DNA of 64,000 nt from Candidatus Omnitrophota bacterium (GCA_021735045.1 JAIPHU010000005.1:647-64646); one strand, 5' to 3'. Positions 8,652 to 19,369 are shown, counted from the first letter of the stretch. The notes: generated by a model not told the origin, from the sequence alone. Translations and numbers: made by a program.

Positions 8652-9720
8652 GTATATTTTAAAAAACATTACACTTTCTTACTTGTTTATATTGCTCTTA
8701 TTTACTGGTCTGTACTTGTTGATAGATATATTTTCTTCTTTTTCTGATATTTTAAAAAATAAACCCTCACTAATTATTATTGCTAAATACTATCTTTTTC
8801 ACCTGCCTCTTATAATTAGAAGAATAAGTCCTTCTGCTCTGTTGTTGGGCGTTCTATATACCTACAGCAATTTAGGCAAAAACAATGAACTGATAAGTAT
8901 CCGTACCTCTGGCATAAGCAGTCTAAGAGTAGCTTATCCGGCTATCTTTTTAGCAATTTTTATCTCCTGCTCTGTCTTCTTTCTTCAAGAAAAATTACTT
9001 ATACAATCACAGTCCCAAGCCGAAAATATCAAAAATCAATACATTGAAAAAGAAATTAAAGAATCAGAAATAAGAAATTTAGCTTTTAATACATCTGATT
9101 CTATATTCTTTATTGAAACATTTTTACCTAAAGAAAAAAAATTAGAAAATGTTACTATTATTAAACAAAATGCAAAAGGTAATTTTTTGAAAAAAATCTA
9201 CTGTAGGATGATAAAATACGAAAAAGATAAATGGATAGGATACAACTTAATAGAATATAACCAAGAGGATACAGGAAGAATTAAAGAAGCTCCTAGAAAC
9301 ATATCAAGAAAAACTATTGATCTACCAAAAAAACCAAATGAACTTGCATTTGAAAAAAGTATGTTTGTTGAATTTACTCCACTTATAAAACTTAAAAAAC
9401 AAATTAACGATTTAAAAAAGGTCGCTATTGGTAAGCGACTGCGAAAAGTAAAAATTGAATTTTATAAAAAAATCGCACTCCCTTTTTCTCATCTTTTTCT
9501 AATCATAGGAGTGTTACCAATAGCTTTGGAAATAAAAAAGAAAAAAGCTACTTTTGCAGCTATTGGTATTGGGTTTTTATTTTCTTTTCTTTATACCACA
9601 ATGGATTCAATGAGTATTGCTTTGGGTAAATCTGGAATAATTTTACCATTTTTTTCTGCTTGGCTAGCTCCACTTTTTTTCTTAAGTATTGGAATAACTG
9701 GCTTGATTTTAATTCGCTAG
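8635..9720 (+). CDS. lptG: LPS export ABC permease, LptF/LptG (YjgP/YjgQ) family
   Basis: 361 aa. Same architecture as its upstream paralog, overlapping it by 17 nt, the usual lptF-lptG arrangement. Confidence 0.78.
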   Translation: MRILDKYILKNITLSYLFILLLFTGLYLLIDIFSSFSDILKNKPSLIIIAKYYLFHLPLIIRRISPSALLLGVLYTYSNLGKNNELISIRTSGISSLRVAYPAIFLAIFISCSVFFLQEKLLIQSQSQAENIKNQYIEKEIKESEIRNLAFNTSDSIFFIETFLPKEKKLENVTIIKQNAKGNFLKKIYCRMIKYEKDKWIGYNLIEYNQEDTGRIKEAPRNISRKTIDLPKKPNELAFEKSMFVEFTPLIKLKKQINDLKKVAIGKRLRKVKIEFYKKIALPFSHLFLIIGVLPIALEIKKKKATFAAIGIGFLFSFLYTTMDSMSIALGKSGIILPFFSAWLAPLFFLSIGITGLILIR

Positions 9721-9721
9721 G

Positions 9722-10831
9722 TTAACTACCTAGATAATGGCGTGGTATTTCAGCAGATATGCGGGTTACAATTTCATAGGGAATGGTTTGGGCCCACTTG
9801 GCAACCTTTTCTGCTTTTATTTCCTCTTTCTTATCTTTTCCAATTAAGGTCACCACATCTCCTTTCTTAATTTCTTTATCACTTCCTAAATCTACCATGA
9901 TATGGTCCATGCAAACCCGGCCGGCAATGTTAAATATTTTTCCCCTAATCAAAACTTGAGCACAATTCGATAAAGCCCAAGGATAACCATCAGCATAGCC
10001 CACAGAAACGGTGGCAATTCTTGTTTTTCCTTTAGTAACAAAATCACTCCCATAACCTACGGTTTTGCCAGGAGGAACTTCTTTTATAAAAATAATTCTG
10101 GATTTAAAGCTTAAAACCGGCTTTACTTCTATCGCTAAATTAGAAGAAGGTTTTATCCCGTAAAGGATAAGCCCCGGCCTTACCATATTAAGATAAGAAT
10201 CAGGATAGTTGACTACACCTAAACTATTTGCACTATGATAATATTTAAAATCTATATTTTTTTCTTTTAGTTCTTTAATTAAATTTTGAAAAATATTTAA
10301 TTGTTGAACGGTAAATTTCGAGTTTGTATCAGCTACAGGAAAATGAGTATAAATACCTTCTAAAGAAATAAACTCCAAACCTTTTATCTTTTCTAAAAAA
10401 GAATACGTTTGATCAGGATAGAAACCTAGGCGCCCCATTCCTGTATCTACTTTTATATGAATAGGAATAGTTTTATTAATTTTTTTAGCTTGATAATTTA
10501 ACTCTTGAGCAAAACTTTGTTCTGCAACAGTAGGGGTTATGCCAAAACGAATAAAAAAAGGAGCTAATTCCTTAGAAACAATACTAAGTAAAATGATTTG
10601 GCCTCGATAACCGTCTTCTCTCAACTGTATTGCTTCATTGATGCTAGCTACTCCGAAACAATCTATGCCACCTTGATAAAGTTTTCGGGCTACAGGAATA
10701 AGCCCATGTCCATATGCAGATTGTTTTAAAATAGCAGCAATTCTTACCGAATCCCCTACAAGCTCTCTAACTTTTTTAAGATTTTCAGAAAGTGCTTCTA
10801 AATCAATATCAACCCAAACTTGCCGCTTCAT
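9722..10831 (-). CDS. alr: alanine racemase
   Basis: 369 aa. PLP-lysine motif AILKQSAYGHG (cf. AVVKANAYGHG). Matches alanine racemase in length and C-terminal beta domain. Confidence 0.9.
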   Translation of the reverse strand: MKRQVWVDIDLEALSENLKKVRELVGDSVRIAAILKQSAYGHGLIPVARKLYQGGIDCFGVASINEAIQLREDGYRGQIILLSIVSKELAPFFIRFGITPTVAEQSFAQELNYQAKKINKTIPIHIKVDTGMGRLGFYPDQTYSFLEKIKGLEFISLEGIYTHFPVADTNSKFTVQQLNIFQNLIKELKEKNIDFKYYHSANSLGVVNYPDSYLNMVRPGLILYGIKPSSNLAIEVKPVLSFKSRIIFIKEVPPGKTVGYGSDFVTKGKTRIATVSVGYADGYPWALSNCAQVLIRGKIFNIAGRVCMDHIMVDLGSDKEIKKGDVVTLIGKDKKEEIKAEKVAKWAQTIPYEIVTRISAEIPRHYLGS

Positions 10832-10840
10832 ATTTTTTAC

Positions 10841-11497
10841 CTACTTTTTTGTCACCTGGCAATCTATCGAATGCAGGTACAATGGTTTTAGTTTGCTTAA
10901 ACTATAGTTTATTTTACCAAAATTATTGCCTTCAACAAAATATTTAGCTCGCGGATATGCATTTTTTTGGCTAAACATAATATCCTTTTTTAGCGTTTGA
11001 GCTTTTTCTCTTAGGCATGAATCATAAGTTAAAAACAAGTGGCCCTTACCTTTTTCTAAACAATCTTTTAGTTTCATAAGCTTAGGCTTAGATTTTTGTT
11101 TTAGCTGCTTTTGATTTGAGCTAAAAAAACTAGCATAAACAAGATCCTTTTTAGCATCAGCAACAACCGCAATTTTTTTAGCTTCTTTCCGAAAAGGATA
11201 AGCACAGGCAAAAAAACTATTTTGGCAAAAAACAGGCTTCTTTGCAGCCAGAGCAAAGGCTTTAACTATGGCAAAAGAAATACGTAAACCAGTAAAAGAC
11301 CCAGGGCCTGACCCAATCACAAAAAGATCAAAATCTTCTACTTGCATGGCTCTTTGTTTAAAGCTTTTTTCTAACTTATTAATAAGTAACGATGAGCCTT
11401 TATCAATAATTCGATTGTACTGATAAATAAGATTGTTATTTTTTGTAATACTATAAGATAAAAGATTTGATGATGTATCTACCGCTAATATATTCAT
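10841..11497 (-). CDS. tsaB: tRNA threonylcarbamoyladenosine biosynthesis protein TsaB
   Basis: 218 aa. N-terminal MNILAVDTSS (inactive Kae1/YeaZ fold). Adjacent to tsaE. Confidence 0.8.
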   Translation of the reverse strand: MNILAVDTSSNLLSYSITKNNNLIYQYNRIIDKGSSLLINKLEKSFKQRAMQVEDFDLFVIGSGPGSFTGLRISFAIVKAFALAAKKPVFCQNSFFACAYPFRKEAKKIAVVADAKKDLVYASFFSSNQKQLKQKSKPKLMKLKDCLEKGKGHLFLTYDSCLREKAQTLKKDIMFSQKNAYPRAKYFVEGNNFGKINYSLSKLKPLYLHSIDCQVTKK

Positions 11498-11498
11498 A

Positions 11499-11948
11499 TT
11501 ATTTTACAAAACCTTTTAACCTGTTTTTATTATAACCTTTTTGTGAAAATGATAGTTCTCTCTTTTCCATCTCTAAGAATGAAAACTTTACGATTAAATA
11601 TTTATCTAGATAAGATTCTAATTTTTGGCCCCATTCAACAATAGATATAGTGTTTTTATTATATAAATATTCTTGCATATCTATAGAACCTAAACTCTTT
11701 TTATCCAGCCGGTATAAATCTATGTGGTTAATGGTTAATTTACTAACTTTATACCTTCTTACCAAGGTATAAGAAGGGCTTAAAACCTTTCCTTTATAAC
11801 CTAACCCTCTAGCTACACCTTTTACAAATGTAGTCTTTCCGCCGCCCAACTCCCCTTCTAATAATACAATATCTTGTTTTTTTAGTATTTTGGAAAAATT
11901 ACGGCCTAGGGATTTTGTTTCAAAACTAGATTTAGAATTTATTTTCAT
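11499..11948 (-). CDS. tsaE: tRNA threonylcarbamoyladenosine biosynthesis ATPase TsaE
   Basis: 149 aa. P-loop LLEGELGGGKTTFVKG, characteristic of YjeE/TsaE. Confidence 0.85.
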   Translation of the reverse strand: MKINSKSSFETKSLGRNFSKILKKQDIVLLEGELGGGKTTFVKGVARGLGYKGKVLSPSYTLVRRYKVSKLTINHIDLYRLDKKSLGSIDMQEYLYNKNTISIVEWGQKLESYLDKYLIVKFSFLEMEKRELSFSQKGYNKNRLKGFVK

Positions 11949-12976
11949 TTAATTAACTTTTCAATGTTTTTCTTATAAGGTGGATAAACTATCCCTCTAT
12001 CGGTTACTATTGCTTTAATAAATTTAGAAGGTGTTATATCAAAAGCAAAATTAACTGCTTTAGTTTCCCGAGGACAGATCAGGGTTTGGCCTAATATTTC
12101 TTTTACTTCTTTTTGGTCTCTTTGTTCGATAGCTATATCTTTTCCTTTTTTTAAGTTTAGATCAAAGGTGCTCAAGGGAGCTACAACGTAAAAAGGAATC
12201 TTATGGTATTTAGCTAAAACAGCCAAACTATAAGTTCCAATCTTATTGGCTGTATCCCCTAAAGCGGTTATCCTGTCAGCTCCGAGAAAAATCTTATCGA
12301 TCATCTTATTTTGCATTAAATATGCGGCAGAACTATCGGTAATTAAAAAAGAGTTTACTTTCTTTTTCTTTAACTCCCAGGCAGTCAAACGCGCCCCCTG
12401 CAAAAGAGGCCGAGTCTCATCAACATAAACTGTTGGGTTTTTTCCTTGTTTCTTTGCCTGAAAAATCACCCCTAAAGCTGTTCCTTGCCCAGAAGTGGCT
12501 AAAAATCCAGTATTACAATGGGTTAAAATACTCTCATTGTTTTTTATCAAAGTTGCACCATAATTAGAAAGTTGACTGCAGGTTTCTATATCCTGACGAT
12601 GGATATCCTTAGCTTCTTTAACTATATCCTTTTTTATTTGTTTAACTGTTTTTTGTTCATTTTCTAAACTAACTTTAGCTAATCTGTCCAAAGCCCAAAA
12701 TAAATTTACCGCCGTAGGCCGGGATGACTTAAGATAGTCAAAAGACTGCTTTAGCTGTTTAAAAAAAATACTTTTGGTTTTAGAAAGTTTATCTAGATGT
12801 ATGCAGATACAATAAGCAGCAAAAACTCCAATCAATGGAGCTCCTCTGACTTTTAGGTCTTTTATCGCTTTCCAACCAGATTTAATTGTCCGGCAGCTCC
12901 GCCAAACTTCTTTTTTGGGAAGTTTTGTCTGATCAAGATAAAATAACTTATTATTTGTGAATTTTACTGAATGCAT
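11945..12976 (-). CDS. mtnA: methylthioribose-1-phosphate isomerase / eIF-2B alpha-beta-delta family
   Basis: 343 aa. Matches the MtnA/e2b2 family in length and motifs (RGAPLIG...). Assigning it to methionine salvage is inference. Confidence 0.72.
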   Translation of the reverse strand: MHSVKFTNNKLFYLDQTKLPKKEVWRSCRTIKSGWKAIKDLKVRGAPLIGVFAAYCICIHLDKLSKTKSIFFKQLKQSFDYLKSSRPTAVNLFWALDRLAKVSLENEQKTVKQIKKDIVKEAKDIHRQDIETCSQLSNYGATLIKNNESILTHCNTGFLATSGQGTALGVIFQAKKQGKNPTVYVDETRPLLQGARLTAWELKKKKVNSFLITDSSAAYLMQNKMIDKIFLGADRITALGDTANKIGTYSLAVLAKYHKIPFYVVAPLSTFDLNLKKGKDIAIEQRDQKEVKEILGQTLICPRETKAVNFAFDITPSKFIKAIVTDRGIVYPPYKKNIEKLIK

Positions 12977-12977
12977 T

Positions 12978-13766
12978 TTATCTTATTTTTTTAAATATTT
13001 TTTTTGCATTAGAAAAAACCTTGTCTTCCAGATCCTTTTGAGAGATATCTTTTAACTCTGATACATAAGAATAAACCGATTTTATATCTTGCGGGCTAGA
13101 TAATTCTCCTTTAATTCGCATATAAGGAGAGTCAGTTTCTAAAAGCAACTTCTCAAGAGGGCACTTTTTTAACGAGTTAATAATTTTTTTGTTTTTTCGC
13201 AATAGATTAAGTGAAAAAGAAACAAACCCACCTTTATCAACTATCTGTTGCAAAAAATCAGGAGAATAAGAAAAACAATGAAAGACTATATTTTGATAAT
13301 TTGAAAAAAATTGATCTAAGGCAGCTAAAATCCTAGGACGGTCTGGATATTTACCACTATACCAGTTATCTTTGTCTAGGCGATTGTGAATTAAGACAAC
13401 TATATTATTCTCTTTTGCTAGTTTCAACCATTTTTTAAATATATTCTCTTGCTTACTAAGTGAAGTTTTTGCTTTATAGTCTAGGCCGATTTCTCCTAAA
13501 GCAACAATTTTGTTATTAGTTTGCAAGAGAGTTCTATATTCTTGATAAATTTGATCCGAAAAATCATTATAAGAAAAGGGGTGAAATCCTAATGAACTAT
13601 ATACAAAAGGATATTTTTTTGAAAGTTGAATGGTTTTCTGGCTAGTTTTAAGGTCTATACTTGAATCAATAAGTTTATTTCCACAAACTTTAAACCAATC
13701 AACAGTCTTTAGGCTAATATCGTCGGATAATGAATTTAGATGACAATGCGAATCAACTAACATCAA
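12978..13766 (-). CDS. tatD: TatD-family metal-dependent hydrolase (DNase)
   Basis: 262 aa. N-terminal MMLVDSHCHL is the TatD signature. Confidence 0.85.
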   Translation of the reverse strand: MMLVDSHCHLNSLSDDISLKTVDWFKVCGNKLIDSSIDLKTSQKTIQLSKKYPFVYSSLGFHPFSYNDFSDQIYQEYRTLLQTNNKIVALGEIGLDYKAKTSLSKQENIFKKWLKLAKENNIVVLIHNRLDKDNWYSGKYPDRPRILAALDQFFSNYQNIVFHCFSYSPDFLQQIVDKGGFVSFSLNLLRKNKKIINSLKKCPLEKLLLETDSPYMRIKGELSSPQDIKSVYSYVSELKDISQKDLEDKVFSNAKKIFKKIR

Positions 13767-15306
13767 TTCTAGGAAAAAGTGGTTTTTCTTTTTTTATTAA
13801 AAAAACATCTAAACTGCCCCATTTAGCCTCCTGAGTAGAAAATGAGGCATCTTCTATGCCTAATTGTTTTTGAATAGAAAGAGAAGTTTCTGGCATAATC
13901 GGATAAAGATATATGGAAACAATTCTTATTCCTTCACAAATTGCATAAAGAAATGAAAATAGTTCTTTTTCTTTGGCTTCTTTTTTTAAATTCCATGGCT
14001 TGGTATCTTCGATATATTTATTAGTTAGGCTGACTAACGCAAAAAGATCATCTAAAGCCTTCCAAAATTCACCTCTACTCATAAAGCTATCATAATCTTT
14101 TTCTAATTTAACAATAGTTTCTTTAAACTCAGAAGGTATATCTTCTCTAACAGCTTCAACCTTCCCTCCGCTATATTTTTGAGCCATATTAATGCTCCGA
14201 TAAACAAGATTACCTAAATCATTGGCAAGATCAGAATTAATACGGCTTATCAAAGCTTTAAATGAAAAATTTCCATCGGCTCCTATAGGAATCTCGCGCA
14301 TTAAAAAATAGCGAAAAGCATCAGCAGCTAAAGCTTGATTCCCAGCCAACAGATCAGTTAATTGATCTATCAATTCAAAAGGATTTACGATATTTCCTTT
14401 CGACTTAGATATCTTTTCTTTTTTTATTTTCCACCAGCCATGAGCAAAAATACAGTTAGGAATCTTAAGGTCTAGAGCCTTTAACATAATTGGCCAAAAA
14501 ATTGCATGGTGCCTTAAAATATCTTTTCCGATAAAATGAATATCAGCAGGCCAAAAAGTATTAAACTTTTCTTGATCAAACCCATATCCTATTGCACTAA
14601 TATAGTTAATTAAAGCATCAAACCAGACATAGACAATATATTTTTGATCTATGGGAAAATCTATCCCCCAAGAAATTCTTTTTTTAGGCCGGGAGATACA
14701 AAGATCAGTTAAAGGATGGTTGTCTAGAAAGCCTTTTACTTCATTATAGCGAATCTTGGGCCGAATTAATTCAGGGTTATCCTCTAAATACTGCTTGAAC
14801 CAAGATTCATACTTAGATAATTTAAAGAAATAGTTTTCTTCTTGAATCTTTTCAGTTTTACGCCCGCACTCAGGGCACTTATTACCATCTTTAAGCTGTA
14901 ACTTAGTCCAAAAAGTCTCACAACCAATACAATAAAAAGCGTTATACTTTGACTTATAGATATCTCCTTTTTTATAAAGTTTTTCTATAACTTTTTTTAC
15001 AACGTTAATATGGCCTTTCCAGCTAGTACGAACAAAAAAATCATAAGATATATTCAGTTTCGGCCATAACTGTTTAAAAATATCCACTTTATTATCAATA
15101 AAATCTTTAGTAGTAATTCCCTCTGCATTGGCAGCTTTTTGAATTTTTTCTCCATGCTCGTCGGTACCGGTGAGAAAAAATACATTTTCACCTCTTATCC
15201 TTCTAAACCGCGCCATACAATCACAAATAATATTTGTGTAAGCATGGCCAATATGAGGACTAGCATTTACATAATAAATGGGTGATGTCAAATAAAACTT
15301 TTTCAT
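13753..15306 (-). CDS. metG: methionyl-tRNA synthetase
   Basis: 517 aa. HIGH motif (SPHIGHAYT), KMSKS motif (KISKSKGN), and a zinc knuckle CIGCE...CPECG. Confidence 0.95.
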   Translation of the reverse strand: MKKFYLTSPIYYVNASPHIGHAYTNIICDCMARFRRIRGENVFFLTGTDEHGEKIQKAANAEGITTKDFIDNKVDIFKQLWPKLNISYDFFVRTSWKGHINVVKKVIEKLYKKGDIYKSKYNAFYCIGCETFWTKLQLKDGNKCPECGRKTEKIQEENYFFKLSKYESWFKQYLEDNPELIRPKIRYNEVKGFLDNHPLTDLCISRPKKRISWGIDFPIDQKYIVYVWFDALINYISAIGYGFDQEKFNTFWPADIHFIGKDILRHHAIFWPIMLKALDLKIPNCIFAHGWWKIKKEKISKSKGNIVNPFELIDQLTDLLAGNQALAADAFRYFLMREIPIGADGNFSFKALISRINSDLANDLGNLVYRSINMAQKYSGGKVEAVREDIPSEFKETIVKLEKDYDSFMSRGEFWKALDDLFALVSLTNKYIEDTKPWNLKKEAKEKELFSFLYAICEGIRIVSIYLYPIMPETSLSIQKQLGIEDASFSTQEAKWGSLDVFLIKKEKPLFPRIDVS

Positions 15307-15307
15307 T

Positions 15308-16087
15308 TTAAAGCTGTACCTTTTCTACTCTATTATCTTCCAGTTCTACATAAATAATTTTTTTTAGCACATTAACTGAAACCACTTTACCTTTACCTTG
15401 TTTAGTATTTATTTTTTGGCCTTCTTTAGGCAAATTTTTTGATAAATCTTTATATATTTTATGTTCATAAGAAAGACAACACATAAGCCTCCCACATATC
15501 CCAGATATTTTACCCGAACCTAAAGGAAGTTTTTGAAGCTTTGCCATCTTCATGGTGACTGGTTCAAAGTTTTTTAAAAAACGGCAGCAACACAGTTGTT
15601 GACCGCAAGGACCAAATCCACCAAACAGCTTAGCCTCATCTCGGGCTCCAATTTGGCGCATCTCAATTCTTACCTTAAAAACCTTAGCCAATTCCTTAAC
15701 TAATTCTCGAAAGTCAACTCTTTTGTCTGAAATAAAATAAAAAATAAGTTTTTTCCTGTCAAATGAATATTCTGTATCCACCAACTTCATAGCTAAATTG
15801 TAATCTTTTATTTTTCGTTGACAAAGCTTCATCGCATCGCGAGCTTCTTTTTGATTAGTCTTAAGCGATCTCTTGTCTTGTTCGGACATTTTCCTGACAA
15901 TACTTTTATAGCTGGCGGCCTTTTTTGAAGGAAAAAAATGCTGGGTATCATTTATCTCCAGCACCTCTCCATAATCACTACCCCGGTCAGCCTCTACCAC
16001 AACATAGTCATGGACATTTAAAGATAAATCTGTCTTATAAGTAGTTAACTGCCCTGCTTCTCTTAACCTTACCAATACTAGTTGCAT
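15308..16087 (-). CDS. ricT: PSP1 C-terminal domain protein RicT (YaaT)
   Basis: 259 aa. PSP1 domain with a C-terminal cysteine cluster (CGQQLCCCRF...CGRLMCC). Conserved linkage with holB and metG, as in Firmicutes. Confidence 0.8.
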   Translation of the reverse strand: MQLVLVRLREAGQLTTYKTDLSLNVHDYVVVEADRGSDYGEVLEINDTQHFFPSKKAASYKSIVRKMSEQDKRSLKTNQKEARDAMKLCQRKIKDYNLAMKLVDTEYSFDRKKLIFYFISDKRVDFRELVKELAKVFKVRIEMRQIGARDEAKLFGGFGPCGQQLCCCRFLKNFEPVTMKMAKLQKLPLGSGKISGICGRLMCCLSYEHKIYKDLSKNLPKEGQKINTKQGKGKVVSVNVLKKIIYVELEDNRVEKVQL

Positions 16088-16848
16088 CTTAACCTCATTT
16101 TAATTAAATTTAGGGCTAGATTTGTATTAACGTTACCAGCAGCATTATAAACTTTAAATAAATCTTCTAAAGCAACAATAGTTTCTTCAAAATTTAAATC
16201 TAATGATAAACTATCGTCCGGCTGATTATCACTATAGCCCATATTGTTTTTTAATTGATTATGTAATAATATAATAAGACTTTCTATAAATAAAGAAAAA
16301 TCTTTTCTTTTCTTTGAACCAAAATATCCAGTTCTTAATAAATCTTTTACTTCATCCCTAGACTTACCTAATTTGCCTTTAGAATAAGGTAGATAGATTT
16401 TACGGCAACGAGAAATGATTGTCGGCAAGATATCTTCTAACTTAGGGCAAATAAGGCCAATAAAAGAATTATTTGGCGGTTCTTCTAAAGTCTTTAAAAA
16501 CAAATTAGCAGCCTGATCAGTTAATTTCTGAGAATCTTTTATAATTAAACTTTTTTTTGGTGAATAATAGCTCTTACGAGATAAAAAATGAACTGCTTCT
16601 CTTAGTTGATTAATTTTTATACTGGTTTGATCTGGTTTAACGATTAATAGATCCGGATGGTGAAGATCTTCGATCCTTTTGCAGCTCCAACACTGATTGC
16701 AAAACCGACTGCTATCGGTGCAATTTATTAATTTCAACAACCGATTAATAATTGAAAAATTATTGCCAATAAAAATATAGGAAGACCCTATTATCTTTTT
16801 GGACTTCAAAATAGTAAAATAATTAATAATTTTTTCTTCTGGTTTCAT
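16078..16848 (-). CDS. holB: DNA polymerase III delta-prime subunit (short form)
   Basis: 256 aa. Clamp-loader fold with a degenerate Walker A and motifs TLEEPP and SRC (IISRCRKIYL). Zinc module CNQCWSCKRI. Confidence 0.75.
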   Translation of the reverse strand: MKPEEKIINYFTILKSKKIIGSSYIFIGNNFSIINRLLKLINCTDSSRFCNQCWSCKRIEDLHHPDLLIVKPDQTSIKINQLREAVHFLSRKSYYSPKKSLIIKDSQKLTDQAANLFLKTLEEPPNNSFIGLICPKLEDILPTIISRCRKIYLPYSKGKLGKSRDEVKDLLRTGYFGSKKRKDFSLFIESLIILLHNQLKNNMGYSDNQPDDSLSLDLNFEETIVALEDLFKVYNAAGNVNTNLALNLIKMRLRCN

Positions 16849-16872
16849 ATTAAAAGGTAGGGAGCAGGTTAA

Positions 16873-19167
16873 TTAGCACTTTGAATAACCACATGCATCA
16901 CAAAGAAGGCAACCCTCTTGATGACGCAAAGCAAACCCACAGTCAGGACAAACACCCACTACATTATGAGAATTTTTTTTCACCTTCACTTTTACCTTTT
17001 CTTTTTGAGTTTTAGCCTCAGGTTCTTCAGGCAAAGTTACGGCTTTGGCCTTAATCTTATTTTTTTGATCTAAGCCTCTTTTCTCAAGTACTCTGGATAT
17101 GGCATCCGAACAAGAAAATATTTTTTTCCCTTTATCCCAGGAAGGGGAAGGGCATCTAATACCTTTAAGCTGTTCAACTATAACCTTCATATCAATTCCT
17201 CCCCGTAAAGCAAGAGAAACTAATCTTCCTACAGCTTCTAGCTGAGAAGCCGCACAACCACCAGCTTTACCCATTTGAGTAAACACTTCAAAAAAATTAC
17301 CCTCTTCATCTTGATTTAAAGTAATATATAAATTACCACAACCTGTGGTTACCTTGGTGGTGGTACCTAAAATTACTTCTGGCCTGGGTTTAGGGTAAGG
17401 AACAGTTCCTTTTTTATCTTCTTTTTCTTTTTTCTTTTCTTCTTTACTTATGGTCAAGACTTGTCCACTCCTACTTCCATCTCTATAGACTGTCAGCCCC
17501 TTACAGTTCAACTTATAAGCCAAAAGATATGATTCTTTAACATCATCTAACAGGGCCGTAGAAGCAAGATTAATTGTCTTTGAAACTGCGTTATCAGTAT
17601 ATTCTTGAAAAGCAGCTTGCATCTTTATATGCCAAAAAGAAGAAATATCCATAGCTGTCTTAAATATCCGTCTAGCCTCCTCGGGGACCTCATCTATTTC
17701 CTGAATACTTGTACCAGATGCAATTTTTTCCATAAGCTCTTTTGAATAAAATCCCTTTTTCTTAGCATAATATTCAAAGGCCGGGTCAATCTCTAATAGT
17801 TTTTCCCCATCTAAAACATTGCGGAAATAAGATAAGAAAAAATTAGGTTCTATTCCTGAGGAAGTAGGCCCACTGATAATACTTATTGTTCCAGTTGGTG
17901 CAATAGTGGTTAAGGTGGCATTCCTAACTTTTATCCCTTTTTTATGCCAGGCACTGCCTTCCCATGCAGGAAATACACCTTTTTTCTTAGCCAACTCTAC
18001 CGAAACCTTTTGAGCTTCTTTTTGAATAAAAGCCATTACTTTTTTGGCTAAACTAATAGCCTCCTTGCTATCATAAGGAATTTCTAAAAATCCCAGCATA
18101 GTAGCCCATCCCATAATGCCTAAACCTATTTTTCTAGTCTTTTTAGTATTCTCATCAATTTCCGGTAAAGGAAATTTGTTGGCATCAATAACATTATCTA
18201 AGAAAAGCACACTAGTTTTTACGGTATCCTTAAGTTTTTCCCAGTCAAGTTTAAACCCTTGATCACTTTCTTGAAGCATTTTATATAAGTTGATTGAGCC
18301 CAAGTTACAACTTTCATAAGGAAGCAGGGGTTGCTCGCCACAAGGGTTGGTGCTTTCAATTGCACCAAGATTAGGAGTAGGGTTACCTTTATTTATTTTA
18401 TCTATAAATACTATCCCTGGCTCACCATTATTATAAGCACATTCGGCTATACGATTAAAAACTTCAGCCGCATCTAAACTACCGACAACTTTTTTATTCT
18501 TCGGGTTAATAAGATCATAACTTTTATTTTCAACTACTTTTTCTATAAAATCATCAGTAATTGCTACCGAAATATTAAAATTAGATATATCTCCATCCTT
18601 AGCTTTACATTCAATAAATTTTAAAATATCTGGGTGGTCTATACGCAAAATACCCATATTTGCACCGCGTCTTGTACCACCCTGCTTAACTGCTTGTGTG
18701 GCTGAATCAAAAACTTTCATAAAAGATATCGGGCCTGAAGCTACGCCACCGGTAGTTTTTACTACACTACTATGAGGCCGCAGACGGGAAAAACTAAAAC
18801 CTGTCCCGCCTCCAGTTTTATGAATAAGTGCAGTAGACTTTATTGCATCAAAGATAGACTCCATTGAATCCTTTACAGGAACAACAAAACAAGCAGATAG
18901 TTGGCCTAGTTCTTTACCGGCATTCATCAAAGTAGGCGAGTTAGGCATAAATTCTAAATTTTCCATTGCTTTAAAAAAAAGATTTTCTAAGTTATCAACC
19001 TCTTGTTGACCAACCCCATATTTTTGCTCAACAGATGAAATAGCTTTAGCTACGCGCCTAAGCATCTGTCTAGGATTTTCAACTATTTGGCCCTTATCAT
19101 CTTTTTTTAAATATCTTCTTTTTAAGACAACAATAGCATTTTCAGAAAAACCTAACTTCTCCTTCAT
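16873..19167 (-). CDS. nrdJ: ribonucleotide reductase, class II (adenosylcobalamin-dependent)
   Basis: 764 aa. Monomeric class II RNR in length and motifs, with a C-terminal CxxC...CxxC tail. Confidence 0.9.
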   Translation of the reverse strand: MKEKLGFSENAIVVLKRRYLKKDDKGQIVENPRQMLRRVAKAISSVEQKYGVGQQEVDNLENLFFKAMENLEFMPNSPTLMNAGKELGQLSACFVVPVKDSMESIFDAIKSTALIHKTGGGTGFSFSRLRPHSSVVKTTGGVASGPISFMKVFDSATQAVKQGGTRRGANMGILRIDHPDILKFIECKAKDGDISNFNISVAITDDFIEKVVENKSYDLINPKNKKVVGSLDAAEVFNRIAECAYNNGEPGIVFIDKINKGNPTPNLGAIESTNPCGEQPLLPYESCNLGSINLYKMLQESDQGFKLDWEKLKDTVKTSVLFLDNVIDANKFPLPEIDENTKKTRKIGLGIMGWATMLGFLEIPYDSKEAISLAKKVMAFIQKEAQKVSVELAKKKGVFPAWEGSAWHKKGIKVRNATLTTIAPTGTISIISGPTSSGIEPNFFLSYFRNVLDGEKLLEIDPAFEYYAKKKGFYSKELMEKIASGTSIQEIDEVPEEARRIFKTAMDISSFWHIKMQAAFQEYTDNAVSKTINLASTALLDDVKESYLLAYKLNCKGLTVYRDGSRSGQVLTISKEEKKKEKEDKKGTVPYPKPRPEVILGTTTKVTTGCGNLYITLNQDEEGNFFEVFTQMGKAGGCAASQLEAVGRLVSLALRGGIDMKVIVEQLKGIRCPSPSWDKGKKIFSCSDAISRVLEKRGLDQKNKIKAKAVTLPEEPEAKTQKEKVKVKVKKNSHNVVGVCPDCGFALRHQEGCLLCDACGYSKC

Positions 19168-19369
19168 AACTGCCTCCTTTACCTTTGATTTGTTTAAAAA
19201 AAATATTGTTGAATAGACTAAAAACTAGTACCTTGCTGAATATATGCGAGTAGAAGTTTTATATCACAGAAATAAGACAATGTCAAGAAAAATACCAAAT
19301 ATTGTATATATAGCTAAAATAAACACAATATATGGGAATGTTTATTCTTCTTAAAAATTTAATTTTTAA

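Noticed and set aside
19168-19369. Cobalamin riboswitch upstream of the B12-dependent nrdJ
   Set aside because: The spacer is AT-rich with no B12-box (GCCACTG-like) or the paired GC-rich stems expected of a cobalamin riboswitch.
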